Shown here: positions 58,580 to 64,000 of the stretch, piece by piece
Layout of the letters: each line of letters starts with the position of its first letter
Numbering within the stretch: position 1 is the first letter of the stretch
Notes under the pieces: generated by a model
Databases searched by the model: none
Told to the model about the DNA's origin: nothing
The model's input: only the letters and a program-made list of their open reading frames with translations
Translations under genes and position numbers: made by a program
IMG/VR virus record: IMGVR_UViG_3300009104_000011
From: an uncultured virus (IMG/VR IMGVR_UViG_3300009104_000011)
Lineage: Duplodnaviria; Heunggongvirae; Uroviricota; Caudoviricetes
Reading direction: 5' to 3' (one strand)
Length of the DNA: 64,000 nucleotides

Positions 58580-61500
58580 ATGACTTTGCAAAGAAGACGC
58601 CGCCGCAATGCGGATATCTTTGACACTGGGCCTTTTGGTGCATACAATAACTTTGGATTCATTGATGATGGCGGTGACAGCGGCGGTGGCGGCGGCAGCG
58701 ACGGTGGCGGTAGTTCAAACTCAGAACAAATCAGATACCATAGCACCTACTGGTATTATGTTTTACCAGTTTACTCCACTGGAAGTCGACCATCCATTCT
58801 TCATTATGCGTGGACCGTATATGATGATGTCAATGATGTAGGGACTACAGACCCGCTTGCTAGTGGAACAGGAGTCACCGATGAGATGGCAGATGCGGCA
58901 GCAAAGTCAGCAATTGATACATTAAAAATCGAAGCAGAAGCAGCCGCAGCCGCTGCGGAAGGCTATATTATTTACTTAACATGGGCGGACGTCTATTACC
59001 ATCACATGATTATGGGACAACTTACAACAGAGCAAGCAAAAGATATCCTAGCAAATCAATTTAATATTAGCGGTGAGGGGCTTGCGCGATACCCTGGACA
59101 GTGGGGCTCAGGTATGGCGTATTACGACGAATCAACTTTCTTAGAGCAGTTTGAGGTCCATGATAGGCAAGAAGAAGGAGAAATAGAAGAGTATGCTCCA
59201 CAGATACCAGTTATTGATTACGAAGCAGGATCGTACCTATTACCAAATGTAGGTAATGCTACGATGGCGGATCAGCCCATACCAACAAACACCGCATACA
59301 AGTATTGGGACGGCAATCTAAAGTCACACAATTGGGCAGACCACGGTATGTCTACGCCCGAAATGGGCGATGTAAAAGACGGTGGAAGGTATCCTAAACC
59401 AATAGTGGATTCGTACGGTGGATATGCTGTTTCATTGAGTCATTATATTGCATCTTATGACCCCAATGGGGCGTTTTTAGGATTCAGGGTGCTGACCGCG
59501 TCAGAACTTGAGGGAGGAATACCGGCAGGAATCCCCATTGCGACAGTTATGCAAATGTTCACCAAGTGCGCCAAGTCTAGAAATGGGCACGATTTCAAAA
59601 ACAATGGTAGAAACTTCATGTTGGATACCGAAAAGGAACCAGTATGGAGAAAGGCATTAGATATGCCTATGCAGCCAAAAAGTTTCTTCCTTTGCGAAAC
59701 AGCATTTGCAAGAGGACGACCGATACCAAAACCAACAGGCGGTCGTGACAATCAGGTGATCATTGAAGGTACACACGGGTTCAATAATGATGATTTGACC
59801 ATAGCCTATGATACAGGGTATAATGACGTAAAATCTGTATTCGGTAATCTTGGTAGAGAAGACACTCTTAACAGAGAAGTATACGAAAAGGCAGGCGATG
59901 AAGCCACAGCAGAAGCAGGATTTAGTGGATTGGGCTTCAAGATGACCTGGTCACCTCCGTCCAAGGCTTCTGGATGGCGCAGTAAAGTATACTATGCTGC
60001 AAAGGTTGAGTGGCTCGGAGAAAATGGACAGTTTGGTGCTTATTCGACGCACCCAGAAAGTATACCCGACTGTGACTCAGAACAAGGGAAAACCATGGTT
60101 ATCTACAGATTTCCAAGACAATTAGACCCTGTAGTAGATAAAAATCTACTAGACTTTTACGCAGCAAATGGAATGCCAAACTATGATATAACTCATACTG
60201 GAAAGTGTTATCCATTCCCCGAAGTTCATACAATGTCCTCTGGAGATGTTTCCTCATACACAGATGCTCGTGACACCAAATATGGGTTAATTGGAAGACT
60301 AATGCCAACTAATTCAGATGCAATAGATGCAGAAAAATATGAAGCAGAATACAATGGAGAAGTATATGCTGGCCGTAGAGTAATTAGTTTCTTACCAATG
60401 ATATCACCGAGTCTACCACCATCAAATAGACACCGACCGTACATCTTGAATGGAGAAGATCTTTGGCCACTTTATTCGGCTTCTATGCATTACAAGAAAA
60501 CTGATTGGTTTTGTTTTGACACGGGTTTAATTACTGGGGCTGCAATATCTATTACAGACCCATATAAGAAAGCGTATCTCGGTAGTGGCAGAGTAACCAA
60601 CGCTTACTTCCCAAAGGCTAATTTAGACGTTGGAAGTACTGCTTTCGCAGTCGGCCAATGTATGCTTGCTTACGACATGGAAAGCCCGTCTGTTGATGCT
60701 AGGTTAGGAGAAAACTTTCCTACTGTCAATTTGCCTCACTCGTCTGAGAGAATAATAATTACTACAGAACCTGGGAAAATGGATAGTGCTGGAATGCCTT
60801 TCAGATCCAAAGAACTAGACCCGATCGGAAGAGTAGACGATGGTTCTATGGCTGGAAGTTCCAAGTCAGATTATCTATCACCTATTCAAGTAATCACTAC
60901 ACAGGATTTAGTCAATATGGAGGCTACGCCACCAATGCCTGAGCCGGTAGGAATGGCTGCAATTAGAGATGCATGGAAAAATACAATGGGAACAGAACTT
61001 ACAGCAGCGTCATTTGCGGCACTTCCAAATATAGGCGCATTCGACAATCCAACAAAATACGGTGTTAGAGACCCCAACAATCCATTAAATTACATCATAA
61101 ATACAAACTATGGTACGTTTAGTTTTCCCTTCACAATAGCCATATTCCAAGTACCTTTGCACCATAGAGGACCAGTTCTAAAATATAGCGACGAAGTTGA
61201 TACGAATGGTAATCTTAAACCACTTGAGTCAAGTTCGGAAAAACCAGGATATATCGGAACAAAGGATGTAAGGCTGGTCTATCAAAGTCCTTTCGGAGAA
61301 GTAAACAGTTCCATAATCAATCTCGATAGAAAAATACAGAGACAACTAGACACAGTAGAATTAGATGAACATGGTAATCCGATAGAGGGCGAAGTTAGCG
61401 ACTTGTTTGAAGAACAAACTCAAGAAGGTGGCATCGATGAAGGACAGTATACAGAAGACGAGCAAGAAATATTCACCGAAAGGCAGTTCAAGAACTGGAT

Positions 61501-62149
61501 GTATGATAAACTCATGGAAGACTATGGCGATGTTAAATGGACAAGCACACCATTTAAGCAACACTTCCATCTTTGGAATAAAGACTACGTTACAGGTAAG
61601 ATGCTGTTAGAAAAATTCGGAACTGACCCCGATTTCAAACTACCCGGAGTAGATTACTCAGTATACGAAGCAAGAGCCTCGGAGTTAGGAATTCAAATGG
61701 TTTCACAAGTTACAGACGACGAGGCTCAAGATGACCAAGCGGCAAACATGTTAGGTCTTGGAGCGTTCACAAATTCACAAGGATTTACCGTAACAGACGT
61801 TACTGCAAAGTGGGGAACAATGGAAGCCGCTAATGCAAGATACACCGGAGATGTCGGGATGTCCATGGTGCCTTATGAGGCAAATGTCAAAAACGAGCAA
61901 CTCGGATATATGGCAATGAGCAACCTCAGCGGGCTTGGATATCCGGGTGAAGGCGTCATAGATGACGCTAAAGGATTCGCAGCAGATGTCACAATGGAAG
62001 CCGCAAAATGGTCTGGACTTGGAGTGGGACTTGGGCTTGGTGGAGCAGTTATGATTCTGGCTGGTGGTGTAGCAGTTGGTATAGCAGCAAAAGAAAGTGG
62101 AAAAGCCGTGTGGACAATACTTAACAAGAAGAGTCCAAACTCGATTTAA
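58580..62149 (+). CDS. Large putative virion protein with C-terminal TM (1189 aa)
   Basis: Long ORF; Gly linker; C-terminal hydrophobic Gly-rich helix. Confidence 0.8.
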   Translation: MTLQRRRRRNADIFDTGPFGAYNNFGFIDDGGDSGGGGGSDGGGSSNSEQIRYHSTYWYYVLPVYSTGSRPSILHYAWTVYDDVNDVGTTDPLASGTGVTDEMADAAAKSAIDTLKIEAEAAAAAAEGYIIYLTWADVYYHHMIMGQLTTEQAKDILANQFNISGEGLARYPGQWGSGMAYYDESTFLEQFEVHDRQEEGEIEEYAPQIPVIDYEAGSYLLPNVGNATMADQPIPTNTAYKYWDGNLKSHNWADHGMSTPEMGDVKDGGRYPKPIVDSYGGYAVSLSHYIASYDPNGAFLGFRVLTASELEGGIPAGIPIATVMQMFTKCAKSRNGHDFKNNGRNFMLDTEKEPVWRKALDMPMQPKSFFLCETAFARGRPIPKPTGGRDNQVIIEGTHGFNNDDLTIAYDTGYNDVKSVFGNLGREDTLNREVYEKAGDEATAEAGFSGLGFKMTWSPPSKASGWRSKVYYAAKVEWLGENGQFGAYSTHPESIPDCDSEQGKTMVIYRFPRQLDPVVDKNLLDFYAANGMPNYDITHTGKCYPFPEVHTMSSGDVSSYTDARDTKYGLIGRLMPTNSDAIDAEKYEAEYNGEVYAGRRVISFLPMISPSLPPSNRHRPYILNGEDLWPLYSASMHYKKTDWFCFDTGLITGAAISITDPYKKAYLGSGRVTNAYFPKANLDVGSTAFAVGQCMLAYDMESPSVDARLGENFPTVNLPHSSERIIITTEPGKMDSAGMPFRSKELDPIGRVDDGSMAGSSKSDYLSPIQVITTQDLVNMEATPPMPEPVGMAAIRDAWKNTMGTELTAASFAALPNIGAFDNPTKYGVRDPNNPLNYIINTNYGTFSFPFTIAIFQVPLHHRGPVLKYSDEVDTNGNLKPLESSSEKPGYIGTKDVRLVYQSPFGEVNSSIINLDRKIQRQLDTVELDEHGNPIEGEVSDLFEEQTQEGGIDEGQYTEDEQEIFTERQFKNWMYDKLMEDYGDVKWTSTPFKQHFHLWNKDYVTGKMLLEKFGTDPDFKLPGVDYSVYEARASELGIQMVSQVTDDEAQDDQAANMLGLGAFTNSQGFTVTDVTAKWGTMEAANARYTGDVGMSMVPYEANVKNEQLGYMAMSNLSGLGYPGEGVIDDAKGFAADVTMEAAKWSGLGVGLGLGGAVMILAGGVAVGIAAKESGKAVWTILNKKSPNSI

Positions 62150-62188
62150 GCAACACCCTCTTAACAACCCACCTAGTGCGCATAACTG

Positions 62189-63460
62189 ATGGCAGTCAGT
62201 CCTGACTTTGCAAATCGTTTGGTTTTTGAGTTCAAAGAGAAATCAGCCGAAATTATTGATAGGTATAATCTGAGTCATCTTAGAGGAACAGAAAAGATGG
62301 ATCCAGCCACAAAATTGGCTGCAGAGTTCATTAATCTTGCAAATCAAAGCACAACCAATCCAAGTGTGACAGAATCAATGCTCGCATCTGAGCAGAGAAT
62401 GTATCTTAAGACACTTGAGCAAAAAGTCTTAGGAATTACCAAGAACCAAGCCAAGAGTCTAGATGGACTGCACGCACAGGCATTTGGGACTACTGTAGTT
62501 AGTGACGCAAATTGGGACAGGACTGTTTCATCCGTTGCAAAAGAAGTAGACCGAATTGCTGTCAAGAATAGCAGTTTGATTAACGCATTGACTAAGGAAG
62601 AGCAAAAGTACATGGATAACATGTTTGCAACTGTTGTAGAAACCGTCCGAGTAAAGCACGAAAGAGATCCTTCTGCGCAGAGTTCTATGGATGCAGAAAA
62701 GGCAGCATCTCAAGATCTTAGGACTGTGGAAAAGCAGTTAGAAAAGATGGCAACTGACTCGATTAAGAGAAGACAACACGAGATATACAGTGATTTTGAT
62801 GAGCAGTTGAATAGGTATTTGCAATCGTTTAACGAGATGCGAAAAGCAATGAAGCCCGTGGAAGTTAAGAAAGCCAACAATCAAGTTGGTTTGATAAAGA
62901 AAATGATGCGAGAACTAAAGACAAATAAGCGACTAATGAGAGATCGAAATCTGCTACAGTCGCATATTGCAGCAATTCAAAATCAATTCAAAGTGCTAAA
63001 CGAGATGGAAGGAGACATGTCAGAGACTGTATCCGCAGTTGCTGGTATATTCGGTTCAACTGCCAGGCCAAGTAACAGAAGACACTTTTCTTTTGATGGA
63101 TTTGGTGCAATGATAACCGCTGCGGAGATTGAAAGCAATCACCCAGAAACAAAGAATCCAGCGCACATTCGTTCTATGCAGTATTTCATGAATCAAGGTC
63201 TCACTTTTGACCAAGCACATGAAGCCTCAAAAGCCTATGGTTATGAGATGAATGATGGTGTGAGAAGCATGGACCTTGATTATAGAGTTAATTATTTGGG
63301 TCAAGCCACAGACTATACAGAAGACTCTCATACACTTAGAGAGTCTTCTTTTGGTAGAAAACTGTTAAACGTGGGTGCGGGGACAGTAGGTGGAGGGATA
63401 CTGTTGCTCGGAGGGGGTTTACTCGTTTTAATAGGTATATCAAGGGTGGGAAGTAAATGA
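62189..63460 (+). CDS. Coiled-coil protein with C-terminal TM
   Basis: 423 aa ORF. Confidence 0.8.
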   Translation: MAVSPDFANRLVFEFKEKSAEIIDRYNLSHLRGTEKMDPATKLAAEFINLANQSTTNPSVTESMLASEQRMYLKTLEQKVLGITKNQAKSLDGLHAQAFGTTVVSDANWDRTVSSVAKEVDRIAVKNSSLINALTKEEQKYMDNMFATVVETVRVKHERDPSAQSSMDAEKAASQDLRTVEKQLEKMATDSIKRRQHEIYSDFDEQLNRYLQSFNEMRKAMKPVEVKKANNQVGLIKKMMRELKTNKRLMRDRNLLQSHIAAIQNQFKVLNEMEGDMSETVSAVAGIFGSTARPSNRRHFSFDGFGAMITAAEIESNHPETKNPAHIRSMQYFMNQGLTFDQAHEASKAYGYEMNDGVRSMDLDYRVNYLGQATDYTEDSHTLRESSFGRKLLNVGAGTVGGGILLLGGGLLVLIGISRVGSK

Positions 63461-64000
63461 ATTTCATCAGAACTAATGGAGAAGTCGTTCAAGTGAATGA
63501 CAAGGACGTCAATACCCTTGAGAAGAACAAAGATTACACGCTCTACGGAGCAAGACACAACCCAAGTGGTGAACAAATGGTATCAGTAGTTTACAATAAC
63601 GACGCAGCGGCAGAGTATGCCGACAATGATGTGGGAGATTCGATAGCAGATCATCCCGAAGACCGAAGCATAAGAGGCAATCCAGGTAAGAAATTAACTT
63701 GGAGAAATCTGAGACTGCAATCAGCAATAGATGGTGAAGCAACTGTAAAGGGACGAGTAGGTACGGCAGTTGGTGCGCCTGAGAAACTACTACGATTTGC
63801 AGGGAGTGCAATCCTGTCTGGGGTAATAGCAAGCGATCAATCACTAAGAGACGACCCAATGTTGGTTATTTCTACAGCAAAAGATTGGTACGCATACATC
63901 CAAAAAATGAATACCGTAGACATTGGTGCAGAATTTGCTGCCGGTGTTTCACACGCACAACGTGCCTCTAACGCAATGTTCGCTCACGAGTGGGAGAACG
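63457..64000 (+). CDS. Partial hypothetical protein (MNFIRTNG..., runs off the window)
   Basis: ATGA overlap; frame open to the window end. Confidence 0.7.
   Translation, partial: MNFIRTNGEVVQVNDKDVNTLEKNKDYTLYGARHNPSGEQMVSVVYNNDAAAEYADNDVGDSIADHPEDRSIRGNPGKKLTWRNLRLQSAIDGEATVKGRVGTAVGAPEKLLRFAGSAILSGVIASDQSLRDDPMLVISTAKDWYAYIQKMNTVDIGAEFAAGVSHAQRASNAMFAHEWEN

Noticed and set aside
58668..58712. GGC-rich tandem repeat
   Set aside because: Just encodes a Gly/Ser linker in the large protein

Overview
A 64 kb segment of what is most likely an archaeal virus or extrachromosomal element (euryarchaeal/Thermoplasmatota-like TFB, MCM, PriS; no capsid or terminase recognised here). It has two very different halves. 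LEFT (1-~40,540): everything is on the + strand and is built as a head-to-tail array of more than 60 units (eye count): mRNAs, a tRNA-Lys and at least 15 non-coding units. Almost every boundary has the same signal, a hairpin/stem followed by a 4-nt tail A-Y-Y-A (ATTA/ACTA/ACCA, rarely AACA) and then a G. That G is followed directly by ATG, by a short SD leader, or is itself the first paired base of the next RNA's terminal stem. Nine of the non-coding units (0.34-2.7 kb) share a 5' kink-turn motif followed by long rod-like hairpins. Proteins in this half include a DUF1257/DUF2997/Ycf46-like AAA triad, a radical SAM enzyme, DNA ligase, a second AEP primase, RNase HI, an aspartic protease and many small Zn-finger or membrane proteins. 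RIGHT (~40,585-64,000): conventional organisation with PriS, MCM, TFB plus a divergent TFB-like gene, a repeat-rich putative origin/operator region, ferredoxin, class II RNR, RusA (on the minus strand; the ORF track strand is wrong), a transglutaminase-like cysteine protease and putative structural proteins with adenain-like xxGxG motifs. All RNA structures were read by eye and all protein calls are motif-based; nothing was computed or searched.
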